Shown here: positions 40,152 through 52,600 of the stretch, one piece after another
How positions within the stretch are numbered: position 1 is the first letter of the stretch
Layout: each line of letters opens with the position of its first letter
NCBI RefSeq assembly: GCF_009914755.1
Contig: NC_060933.1
Strand: one strand, 5' to 3'
DNA: 64,000 nucleotides
From: the human T2T-CHM13v2.0 reference genome, Homo sapiens
Translations under genes and position numbers: made by a program
Notes under the pieces: model-generated
Told to the model about the DNA's origin: nothing
Seen by the model: the letters and a program-made list of their open reading frames with translations, nothing else
Databases searched by the model: none

Positions 40152-43100
40152 CCGAGTTCTTCTCCTGTGTCCAGGAAGACTGAGGTATGCAGACAAGTCA
40201 AGGGTGAGCAAAATGCAGAGGAGCTTTATTGAGTGACAATAGCTCAGAGGAGGCCCTGGGGTGGGTAGCTTCTCTCTGCAGCAGGTTGTCCTGTTGTCTC
40301 TGCTGCTCTCAGCGGAGAGAAGGCCCTGGAATTGGTAGTTCCTTTCTGCAGCCAGTCATCCTGACATCTGCCACTGTTAGCAGAGAGGAGGTCCTGGAGT
40401 GCGTAGCTCCTCTCTACAGCCAGTAGTCCTGATGTCTGCTCAGCTCTGGCTGAGCCCAGGGCTCTTATGGGCCTCAGAAAGGAGGAAGTGTGCACCAATT
40501 GATCCACGGGTAGCCTCAGGAGGGCCCAGAAAAGGCACCACAAGTATTCACTCTGATCTGCGAGACTGGCAGCCTGAGCCCCAGCCTTCAGGCTCTCCCT
40601 GGCCTGAAGGTGGGGCCTCACTGGGGACCCACACCCTTCCACTCAGGAAGCTATTTGTCTCCTGCTGCCATTCGTGGAACCCAGGCTGTAGTTGCCAAGG
40701 GGCAAACTGCAGGCCAGCAATGAGCTGTCCTCAGCCCTTCCTCAGCTTCCCTTCTCATAGATACCCAAAATCGGGAGGGGGCTGAGGCAGCAGGGAGCTG
40801 GTATGTCAGCACTGCTCTTGAGTGTGTGCACACTTGACTGGGCTGTGACAGCACCTGGCCTTGGCCCTGACTTTGCTCCAAAATTGGAGTGGTTGCCAAG
40901 AGCAGGGAGAAGCCAGGCATTGGGAGCAGGTATTTCTGAGCCTGTAAGGGCAAGGGGGCTTTCCTGGGTCCCCAAGAATGCAGATACCCAGATCTTCAGC
41001 TTCAGTTGCACCTGGGAGGGAGAGGTTCCTGTCTGCTCCAGGGAGCAGAAGGCCCAGGTCTGCAGCCATGATTTAGGCAGCTGTTGCAGCACATGGGGAG
41101 CTCCTGCCCCAGCTCAGACGGGGCAGGGCTCTTGCTTATCCCCAGCTCCTGCTAGCTCCATGGAGAATGCAGCCCCAGCCACACCTCCCTGCTGTGGCAG
41201 GCATGACGGCAACAGTCACTCCGGATGGCTGCCACTGCCATCAAAGTAATATGTGACTGTTTTTGACAATTGTCTGTGCCTCAACTTCCTCATATTTAAA
41301 GGAGAGGTAGTGATAATTGTATCTATAGTGTTGTGAGCATTAAATTAATTGTACATGTAAGTGTTTGGGATAATCCTTGGCATGTGCCAGTGTCAGCTGT
41401 TATCATTACCACTGAGAAGAGATGGCTATCTAGAAACACACCATCCTGTTCTAGGACATCCTGTGCCTGTGAAAACAAAAACAAAAGGTAAAATCAGGAA
41501 ATTATCAGATTCACAAGACCCCTGAACATAGCCCCATGCCGGAAATCAAACAGGAAAACAGCAAAGTGACCACAATTTGCAACAACATTACAGGGTTGCT
41601 TCAATAACAAAGTAAAAAGTAAATATTCCAAGATATTCAACTCATTACAAATGAGTAACTGTATTTAAACACCAGTTTTGTGGCTCAAGGACTGCTTTTC
41701 CTAAATATCCAGATAGTTGATCAGTACTTTCTGGATTATGATATAAGTTTTACCATGCCCAAACCATTTGTGCAAATATTATTGTCTGTTTCCTTAGAGA
41801 AAGACAAGGCTTGAAAACTGTTTGCTTCATGCGTGCTATAATAGTAGCTCTGACATATGTGAACAAGTTACTTTTATTTTGTTATTTTGTTAGTAGTTAT
41901 GTTTTATTCTCACAAGTTTAGATTCTAACTTGGTAATGTGTTATAGGCAAAGAAAAAATGAATGCTTCTTGCAATGTGAAACTAGAAAATAACAACACAT
42001 TTTTTTTTCCCTGAATCTGGCTGGGTTTATTGGCAAAGGAGAGTTAAAACAAAATGCTTTGGCAAGATTTCATCAGTCCATGCTGCTAGAATATGCCACA
42101 CTGGAGAACGAATACAGCATGCAGGAAAGAAATCATGAATTAAATACTTATTTTTTCCCAAATAGGTTTGAGTCTAAGATATTTTGCCAAATATTTTAAT
42201 TGTGCCCTAAAATTAAAACACAAATTCAAATTTCAATTTCTATATACACTTTTCCACATTGGTATGAACTGTGCTGCATTGTTATGAAGTTTCTTATTAT
42301 TTGGGATATTTAACCTCATGCTCTTTGCCATGACTACACATCTGGGCCTGAAGCAGAGCAGCATCAAACTGATGACATTTTGAAATGGAGTAAATTCTTT
42401 TAATTAATGAGAATTACAGTGCATGGGACAGATGCTAAGACCCTTTTGCTCTGCAGATATATTTCTATAGTTGTGCATGACTAGTCAAGCATGCATGTTT
42501 GGATACTCATCTGCGATACATGAGAACAATTTGTGCACCTGCATCTTGCAATCCATCCAGCATGTGCTAATCCACTGTTTTAATGAAAAAAAATTCCCAC
42601 ATTTGAGGTTCTAGAAGAAAACATAAGAATTGACATTAATTAAGGACAAAATTCCAATGATACAAACATGGTTTATAGCATATGAATATATTTATAGATT
42701 TCATACATAATAATATTATGTAAGAAAAGTTTTATGGATCTTCTTGATCAAGTTATATTAGAATAGATAGATGATAGATAATCTGACAGAATAACTTTAA
42801 TGAAATATTTAATGAAAAGCAGAGTATTGTTAGATACACTCATTAGTACATGTTTTTCAGCAGGTGTACTACATTTTCTTTTTGGTACTTTGTAAATGAA
42901 GAATGATTTTAGAAATCAAAGATGACATAAGGACTAGCCAATACCACGTAACTATGTTTACCAAACTAATGAATTACATTTGGAAAATGTTTGCATAAAA
43001 ACCATCTATAAATTTCCTTTAAGTCAGTGGAAATTGGGATTGAATGGGAGTCATTTCAATAAACTTTTCTTTTGAATACAATACTTTTGCTAGCTCATGG

Positions 43101-43189
43101 CTCTTAAATTGTAATAATTAAAACATATTTCTGACTAGAAATAATAATTAGGTTTTGTCTAGTAAAGTTATACAGAAAATAATCGTAGT

Positions 43190-43537
43190 TAATAACTTCC
43201 ATTTATTTGGACCGCTGGATGGCTTGTGCACAACAGAAATTTAATTCTCACAGTTCTGGAGGCTGGGAAGCCCAAGACCAGGGCTGATTTGGTGTCTAGT
43301 GAGGGCTAACTTTCTGGTTTATAAATGACAACTTCTTGCTGTATCCTCACACTATGGAAGGGACTAGCTAGCCCTCGGCAGTCTCTTTTTTAAATAAGTG
43401 CACTAATCCCAATCATGAGAGCACCATCCTCATGATGTAATCACCTCCAAAAAGTCTTACCTCTTAATGCCATCATTTTATGGGTTAGGATTCCAACATA
43501 TAAATTTGGGAACAACACAAGGATTCAGACCATAGCA
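43190..43537 (-). mobile_element. MLT1A-type MaLR solo LTR
   Basis: caacagaaattt.ttctcacagttctggaggctgggaag..ttcagaccatagca. Confidence 0.8.
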
Positions 43538-43714
43538 ATAACAATAATGATAAAAATGATGATGATGACGATGATAGAATTTAATGCTTAATAATTGCTA
43601 ATATTGTATTATGTACTGGTAGTTGCCAAGAGAGTTGTTTTTAGGTACTTTTACCACAGACACACTCACATATACACACACACACAGAGCAATTAAATTT
43701 TATTAAATGTATTG

Positions 43715-43900
43715 ACATTTATAATTTTCCCAACCTTGCAAAATAGATTTAATTATATCTCTTATTTGACAGTTGAAGAAACTGAGTAACAGAGAGGTTA
43801 AGTAACTTGGATAAAGCTCAAATGCTACTAATTAGTAGAATATAGACTTGGATGCAATCAGTTTGGCTATCAGCTCTTAATAACTTTGCCATGCTGCCCT
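43715..43900 (-). mobile_element. MIR
   Basis: gacagttgaagaaactgag..agagaggttaagtaacttg. Confidence 0.7.
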
Positions 43901-45995
43901 TGTATTGTAGAGCAATAATGAAAGGATTCATATACAATGTCCATTTATTGTCAACAGTTTAGAAATACTTTTTCTATCTAAAGTTTATTATCCATAAGTT
44001 GTAAAAGGGGTACAATGTTTTTAATATCAGCAAGAGAGTGAGACAGAGTATGCAATGAAGCAATATATATGAAAAGCAAAATATTACTGATCTTATTATA
44101 ACTATTTTAATAGAAAAAGGGGTACCTCAAACCCATTCAAATATAAAGCACACACACCTACACACACACACACACAATATCTCTATAAGAATCTTGTTAT
44201 TTAAACAATTAGCCCTATTCTATTATTTGAATTTTCCTTGAGCCTTTCCTCATGCTATTCAATGTTATTTAAAAACATCACTTGAATACATAATCTCTTT
44301 GTATAACTATTATTTATTTAACCACCTTTTTTATAAAGTGATGTTTTTTAATGTGATTAACAAAATTTTAACTAAATTTTAGTCCATATTCATTAAGGAG
44401 TCCTTCACATACATTTCTAAATAGAAATTACTACACAAAAGACATACAAATCTTCATGACTCTTGATATATATCACAAAATTGCCTTCACAAAGAATGCT
44501 TGGATTTATAACATAGGAGATGGGTGTGGAAACACTTATCAGTATTAATTTATTTCCATTTTTTTTGCTAATTTAGAAAAAATCTAATTAGTGTTTTAGT
44601 TCACCTTTCTTTGAGTCCTACTGAGGTTGGACATATTCTTCCTTGCTTTTAGCTACTTGTATTTTTTATTTTCTGTGAGGGTGTATTTGTGCCCTTTTAT
44701 TTGTAGTGTCAAATTGATTTCAAATCTTTTTTGTTAAAGCTAGCAATTTTTAGTTACACGTATTATATGTTTTCTTTGTGGATTGCCTTTTACATTTTCT
44801 TTGTGATTAAACATGCTTTATCTTTTATCATAATAGCAATGCATTTACTTACCTTATATACTAGATATTAAACAATTGAAAGTTAAAAATGAAAGTATCT
44901 CATTTTCAAATCTACTAATTACATTTTTTAAAATCCATGTATAGGCTCTTTTTTTCTATACTTCTTTCACCTTTCTTCCGCCCTATTTTGCTCAACTCTT
45001 CCTCTGTCTTTCTCCTTCACATGTATCTCTTCATCTTTTCCCTTTAAAACGTATGTCTTTCCAACTTTTCCCTCTCTCTCTGTCTTCCTGAAAACATCTA
45101 TATGCTTACAAGCATATTTTTATAACATGGGATCATAGGTGATTATATTAGTTAACTTTTCAGCAATTCATTTTTTTCTACTTAATCTTAATTATGGACA
45201 TTGTTTTGTATCAATATCTATGGCATCCCCTCATTAATTTTAGAAGCGTCATAGTATCTCATGGAATAGATGTATCATACATTTTTAATATATTCTTATA
45301 ATTATAAAAAGCTAGATTATTTCTAGTATTTAAGTTTTTATAATCAATGCTACTTTTGAAAATTAATCATACATCTTTATGTGTTTCAGTTAACATTTTG
45401 TGATTCTTACGCATATACAGAGAAACTTAAAGCTTTATATAGCAAATTTGATTTTACAAATTTTTCTCTTACAAACAATGTTTCATGGAAATCCTTACAG
45501 ATAAACTGCTACATATTTGCTGAAGGATTTTCTAAATTTTGAGGTGAAAAAGTCTCAACAATTATAGTCAAATTTATTATTTGCTTGTATTTTTTTGTTA
45601 AACACTTTATAGCTTGATTTTTTAGAACATTTATATTAATTGAACTACAAAACTTAGATGAAAATAAGCCTTGAAAAAGAGGAAAAACTCAATGCCACTT
45701 TTTCTCAATGATATTTTGGAGAAATATAAAATTGACTCAAAATCACAATTTAAATCCAGTATCTAAAATGTGAAAAGTTTCCTAAATGTTTTTATTCTTT
45801 TATTTTTTAAAAGCAGGCTATTATTAAGTTTATTTTTATTATCAAAGTAAAACATATTCAAGAACATAAATTTAGAAAAATAAAAGAACACACAGAAGAA
45901 AATAAATTTTACCCATAACCATGACACCTAAATGTAATCCTGCTTGTATCCGGATATCTCTTCCCAGATGTCTTCTTTATACATACACTCATATA

Positions 45996-46343
45996 CAGCC
46001 AGCCATGTGCCAAGTAATATTTCAGTCAATAATAAACTGTATATATGTGTCACCCCATAAGAGTATAATACCATATTTTATTGTATCTTTTTAATTTTTA
46101 TATTTAGATATGTGTAGATACACAAATACTAATGTGTTCCAATTGCTTGCAACATTTAGTACAATAACGTCGTGTACAGGTTTGTAGACTAGGAGCAATA
46201 GGCTATACCATACAGCCTAGGTGAGTAGTAGGGTATGCCATCTAAGTTTATGTAAGCACATTCTATGATGTTCATACAATGACAAAATTGCCTAATAATG
46301 CATTTCGCAGAACACATCCTCATTGTTAAGGGATGCATGACTT
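45996..46343 (+). mobile_element. Tigger3a (MER7A) MITE
   Basis: cagccatgtgc..ggagcaataggctataccat..gttaagggatgcatgact; homologous to the ends of the Tigger3b at 29821-31202. Confidence 0.88.
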
Positions 46344-48003
46344 TATATGCAAACAACCTACTCACACACACTATATATGCACATATACACCAAATTATAC
46401 TGTGCTGTACTTATATTACATCTTGAGAGTCTTATTCTTATTAAAGTCCAGTTTTGTTCTTTAAAAATATTTTTACATTATTAAAATAGGAGAAAAGTTA
46501 AGATTGTATTTGGCTCACCAATTAAAACTGTTTAGGTATGTTTTCAAATATAGCATTTTTGAGACATCCCTGCTGCTATGTATATGTGTCAACTAACTGC
46601 ATTCAATTCCCTGAAAATGATGCTCATTTCAATCCTCAAACCTAAATATGGGACTATAGTTGTGCAATGACCTATGTTAATTGGAGCCTTCAGCATACTG
46701 ATAATGGAGCTATGTTCTATCAGAAAACTAGTACCATTATATTTTCAAATAATATTAAATCAAAAGTTATATTTAAAATTAAATGAGAATATACTGCACA
46801 GGTGCGAAAAGATATGTTAAGACAAACAAAAATAACCGAGAGAACTAATCATCAAGTTGTGATGATACATTTTATTTATATGAGCAAAAAAGCACTTGTG
46901 AATTTATATGTATAACAATTTTGTCTGTTTCTTCAAAGACTAAAGCTAGCAAAAATATAGGCAATATTAATATAATATCTTTTTCCAAACTTTAAAAATT
47001 CAAAATAATTTTGGAAAATAGTAAACTTCAAAGCCTCATTATAAAATAAATTATAAACAAAATGGTGATTGTAGTTAGGGTCAGTGTGATAAGACTGCAG
47101 GTAAAACTAGAAAAGTTGAAGGAGCAAGAACTTCAGTGTCAGTAAAGGAAGAGTGAGCTTGAACATAGCTACAAAGATCACAGTGCAGTTATAAAGTATT
47201 GTAAGATACAAAACATCAGACTAAATTCATTAACTCTCCAGTTCCTAGAAAAACAACATTTGAAGCATTCAAACAAAGGAATTGATGGTCAAATATTTGT
47301 TTGAATATTCAAAGGGATTAATGGTGAAATATTCAGGAAGATAACCATATAATTTTTTATAAATTTTTTAATTTATAAAATTATAAATTTTTATAATAGC
47401 CGAGATGTGCATCTGTCAATCCTGAGTGACATACTGTAATATTTTGTGATAGGTTGAAAGTAATCATATGCAAAATATTTATCTTTTATAATCTGAGAGG
47501 CAGAATCCAAATAATCTAGACACATTTGGGGCTACCAATTAATGGGAAAGATAAAATGCAAGTAGAGACTATGGAAGTAAACATTAGGGAATCAGGAGGT
47601 ACTGACATTAATAAAACTAATTCAATTTTGTCTCTTGATTACCAGAGAAATTCAAGTACAAAACTATAGTATGAAGCCAATGGTGAAGATAAAAACAGCA
47701 ACCAGGAGGGTAACAGGAAAACAATTCTGATAATTTGAACTCAAGGTGATATTAAAATCTGGGGTAACTATCTTTCACGTATGCTTACTTATCTACACAA
47801 CTTTTAAGGAAAAAGAAAGACAAGGACATAGTGATTCTACACAGGTAGCTCCACAAAATCAGACAGAAATAAAACTTCTCTTTAGTTGAAAATATTCTAA
47901 AGCATTAGAACAATATGTAATATGAGACTACGGTATCACTCAAGGAAGACAAATATATCAAGCACTTACAATTTAAGTGAAGCTAAAATAAGTTGTCACA
48001 ATA

Positions 48004-49274
48004 TGAGGGCACTTGAAAATGTGGAAAAATATAATTCAAAGATTAAAATAAAAATATAAACTTTATTTCTCAACATAAGTTCCACAAAATTCAAAACACT
48101 TTTGTAAGCTATGATATAAGCCATTTACTTTGTCTCTAAAGAACTGAGATTCCTGGAAATTCGACCATGTCAATGCAATCTTTTTTACATTATTAACTGA
48201 AGAAAATAAGTGCCCTTTAATGATATTTTAAGATTAGGAAACAAAAAGAGGTCAGAAAGAGTCAAATCAGGACTGTAAAGTACCAATGTTTTCCCATTGA
48301 AACTGTTGCAAAATTGCCCTGTGTGATGAGAGGAATGAACAGAAACACTGTGGTAGTGAAGGACTCTCTGATGAGATTTTTCTGCATATTTTGCTCCTTA
48401 AGCTTTGGCTACTTTCTCAAAACACATTAATGATAAGCAGATGTAATCATTCTTTGGCCTTCCGGATGATTTCAGGGGATGTGTTGAGCATCCCCCAAAA
48501 AACTGTTGCACGACCTTTGCTTTTGTCTGGTCCACTTTTGTTTTGACTGGACCTCTTGCTAGCCCTTGCTTGACTGTACTTTGTCTTCAGGATCCTACTG
48601 GTAAAGCCATGTTTCACCTCCTGTTACAATTCTTTTAACAAATGCTTCAGAATCGTTATCTCACTTGTTTCAAATTACCATTGAAAGCTCTGCTTTTGTC
48701 TGAAGCTGATCTGGGTGCAACAGTTTTGGCACCCATGGAGTGGAAAGTGCTCAACTTGAACTTTTCAGTCAGAATTGTGTAAGCTGAACCAGTGAAGATG
48801 TCTATGGTGCTGGCTATTGTTTCTGCTGATAGTCAGAACTCTTCATTTAGGGCATAAAGAAGATGAATTTTTTTTTCCTCACAAATTGATGTGGATAGTT
48901 ACCACTGCATGCTTTCTCTTCAACCTCATCTCCTGCCTTCTTAAAATGAGTTATCCATTTGTGAACTGCTATTTCTTTGGGGAACTGTCTACACAAACTT
49001 TCTGTAAAGCATCAGTGATTTCACCATTCATCTACCCAAGCTTCACAATAAATTTGATGTTTTTTCTTGCTTCAATTTTAGCAGGATTCATGTTGCTCTG
49101 ATAAAAGGCTCTTTTCAAATTCGTATCTTATCCTTCTTAGTGTCTCAATCTAGATCCTGTTTAGGCATACTATAACAAGTTGTTTTGAGTTGATTTTGGT
49201 GCAAAATATTTGAAATCCATGCAAGTTTTTAAAATAATACTGATTTTCAATGAACATTTAATAAAACACCCTCA
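48004..49274 (-). mobile_element. HSMAR2 mariner, near full length, transposase decayed
   Basis: ta|TGAGGG..CCCTCA|ta ends, ~1.27 kb. The minus strand encodes a YSPDL-like remnant (acagtcctgatttgact) and a ..YVEK C-terminus. Confidence 0.85.
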
Positions 49275-49509
49275 TAGAAGTCATAACAATTTAAAAATTG
49301 AGAAACAAATTTTCTAGGAAGATGAAAGGCTATTTTAAACTGGTACATAGGTGAATTATAATATGGAGATACACCTGGAATAAAAGGTAATTTAAAGGAA
49401 CATGAGAAAATTATTACGAGAATGCTAGTAAAGTTGACCACAGAGAAGGATAGAGGTAATATGCTGGGCTCATGTGTTTATGAAAACATGTGATAAATGA
49501 CAAATTAGG

Positions 49510-52500
49510 GTATACAATTTTTTATAAATGTTATAAAAAGAATGCTAGAATTTTTATTAGGATTACATTAAATCTGGAGATTAATTTGAGAATAATTAAC
49601 ATTTTAACAATATTGATGCTTCTAATTAACTAGTTAGAAATCTCTAGTATTTAGATTCTGTTTAATATCTCACTGATATTTTGAATTTTTCAATGTAAAG
49701 GTTTACATAAACTAATAACTAAGCAATTATGTTTTAATGCTATTGTAAATAGTGTTGCTATATTTTTTATTTTAATTTTCTAATTTTTTTCCCACTATAT
49801 GGAAACAGAATTCATCTTTGTATATTGACCTTTTATCTGGAGACTTTGCACAATTCACTTATTTTGTATAATAACTTATAGATTCCTTTGTGTCTTCTGT
49901 TTACATCAGCATCTCATCTCAAATAAAGCCAGATTTCAATATTGATTTTAAATGTTCATGCATTTTATGTGTTCACTCATTGACCTGAATAAAACCTGCA
50001 GTTAAAGTTGAAAAGGAGTTGGGAGTATTATTCTTCAACTAGAATAAAAATATTTCTCCTATTATGTTAAAAATTTAATATACATTTTTTACTTTATATT
50101 GATTTACTGATTTTTTTTTTTTTTTTTGAGATGGAGTTTTGCTCTTGTCACCCAGGCTGGAGTGCAATGGCATGATCAGCCTCCCAAGTAGCTGGGATTA
50201 CAGGAGTGCGCCACCATGCCTGACTAATTTTTGTATTATTGGTAGAGATGGGGTTTCACCATGTTGGCCAGGCTGGTCTCAAACTCCCGACCTCAGGTGA
50301 TCCACCTGCCTCAGCCTCCCAAAGTGCTGGGATTACAGGCAGGAGCCACTACACCTGGGCTGATTTACTGATTTTTAAAGTCTAAAACAACCATTCATTC
50401 ACAGAGAGTAAAACACTTAGTTATTATATATCAGCATTTTCATACATTACTACATGAAAACAGGCAATTCTTTAAATTTATTTCAAGTTCATGAGAGATA
50501 TTGATTAGGGAGTTTATTCTCAAGTAATATTTTCCAGGTTTTATTATCAGGGTTCTATCTTGGATAGCAAGTAGAGAAACATTATCTATACCTCGAATAT
50601 CTGAAAATTTTTTTCATAGGTTTGCTATTATATATTTTATAAATATTTAATAGAATTTAACAGAAAAGTTATCTATGTCTAAAGATTTTTTTTAATGAGA
50701 AAGTTTGAAATGACAGATCCGATTTCTTTAACTGACATGGAATTGTGCAGGTTTTCCATTTCTTCCTGTGTCAGTTTTTTAAAGTTATTTTTCTCAAAGA
50801 ATTTGCCTATTTTATTTAAGTTATATTATAGACATAAAGTTTCTCATAATATTCTCTTCCTGTTTAAAATATTTTATAATTCATAATAATCCCCTGTTCT
50901 CAATCATCTTGTTAGAAATTTTTTTCTCTCTTTTTTTGTTCCTTCTTGCTTTAACCTATTTAGTGAAACAAAATTTGGCTTGTTTCAATGTCCTTTGTGT
51001 TAATCCATTTTCTATTTTACTGATTGCTGTTACTTTAGTTATTATATTCATCTTTCTACTTTATTTGCATGTAGTTTGCTCAACTTTTTCTGGAAATCTA
51101 TGCTTATACTTAAGTGGTTCACTTGTAAACTGCCTATATTTAAGCCTCTTTTTATAAAATCTGACAGTTTTTCTAATGTAATTGGAGTGGTTAGACCATT
51201 TATATTTAATATAGTTACCGATGAGGTTGTTTTAAAATATACAAGCTATTGCTATTTCCTTCTGTTTTTTCTTTTTACATTTTTGTCTCTTTTGAGGAAC
51301 TCAAGTAATTTTTTATTTTGTCAGCACTATTGCATTTCACTTTTCCTATTTTAATGTTTACTTAGCACTTTAAAATACATATGGCTAACTTGAGCTCAGT
51401 TTGAATTAATATTTTAATAATCTGTTAACAAGAATAACAATCTTTTGTTATTATTGATATATAAATAAATACCATATTTTATTCTACTTAAGCCATACAT
51501 CCAAAATTACACAGATCTTTTAATGTTTTATTATAGACTTTTATCTTTATCTATATTAATCTATCATTCTCATACTTTCCTGCAGATTTGTGCTTCTTCC
51601 TGAAAACATTTTTCCTTTACCTGAAGAGTAAATTTTGTTTTTTCTATTGTGGGTATGCTGGAGACAAATTTTTTTCAGCTTTCATTTTTCCAGTTATCTA
51701 TTTATTTTACTTTCATTTATGAAGGATATTTCACTAGATTAAAAACTATTGACTAGATTTTCTTTTCCTTTTTGCTCTTTAAAAATGACATTTTATTGCC
51801 TTCTGGTCATCTGGGTTTCATTATCAGTGATGACAATATTTAAGTTTTTAAAAGCATTTTTATGAAGCCTTTATGATATGCTTTGGGTTGGTGCATATGT
51901 GTATTTGTGTTGTATTAATCCTGTTTGGGGTTTAATGAGCTTACTGAAATTCATATTAAAGGTTTTACAAATTTAGGAGATTCTTTCATATTGTATCTTC
52001 AAAATTTTCTGTGTCTTAATTATCTTTCTGTGTTATTCTCAGTCTCCTAACATGGAAAAATATTTGACATTACCTCAGAAGACTGATACTCTGTTTTAAT
52101 TTTTTCTTTTATTTATAAATTAATCTATGCTCACTCTATACTTTGTATAGTTTTATTAATGTATCTTAAATTCTCTAAGCCATTTTTTCTTCTGTGACAA
52201 GTCTGCTGTTACCCTATCCAAGCAACACTATTTAAGATTTTAAAAAATTCTTAGTTGAAGAAAATACATTTGGTTCTTTTATAAAATTATAAAATTTCTG
52301 TGAAAATAATAATCTCCTATTCTCAGCCATCTGTTAAAATGACCAATACTTTCATTGATTTTGTCCACTTTTCTCTCTGATTTTTCTCTTATTTGTAATC
52401 ATTTTTATAAAGTGTTTTTTCTAACACTTAGGTTGTTTGTTGTTCTGTTCCCATTTTCTTATTTAACTGTTGAATATGAATATTAATTTTACGGTTTTCT

Positions 52501-52600
52501 GCCCCTTATGTAAATGTTTTTTGTATACCAAATATTGTGTTCAAAAAACATTGTAATTTGACCAAATACTATTATATTTTTCTCTTTTGATATACATTTA
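49510..52600 (-). mobile_element. Ancient L1 (L1M) fragments
   Basis: Antisense ORF2-like motifs (ggattacattaaatct..aattaacattttaacaatattga, tttgtatattgacctt); boundaries approximate. Confidence 0.6.
50116..50360 (-). mobile_element. AluS (Sq-like) with a ~50-bp internal deletion
   Basis: catgatc|agcctccc junction at ~50177. TSD TGATTTACTGATTTTT at 50100-15 / 50361-76. Confidence 0.9.

Larger units (their letters stand above)
31203..41243 (-). mobile_element. MER52 solo LTR split by HERV-H (31203-31758 and 40152-41243)
   Basis: Colinear with 25927-27485. TSD AAAT / AAGT; minus-strand AATAAA at 40225-40230. Confidence 0.85.
29821..41259 (+). mobile_element. Tigger3b (Golem/MER7B) DNA transposon in three pieces: 29821-30706, 31061-31202, 41244-41259
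   Basis: ta|CAGTCATG start, ggtcccataa..gagctgaaaattcctatc, and the terminal ..gttaa|aagt..gtgactg is completed only after the inserted LTR. Confidence 0.85.
29730..41410 (+). mobile_element. MIR split by the nested stack (5' part ~29730-29820, 3' part ~41260-41410)
   Basis: The 3' part has tctgtgcctcaacttcctcat..gttgtgagcattaaatt. The 5' part is only weakly MIR-like. Confidence 0.5.
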
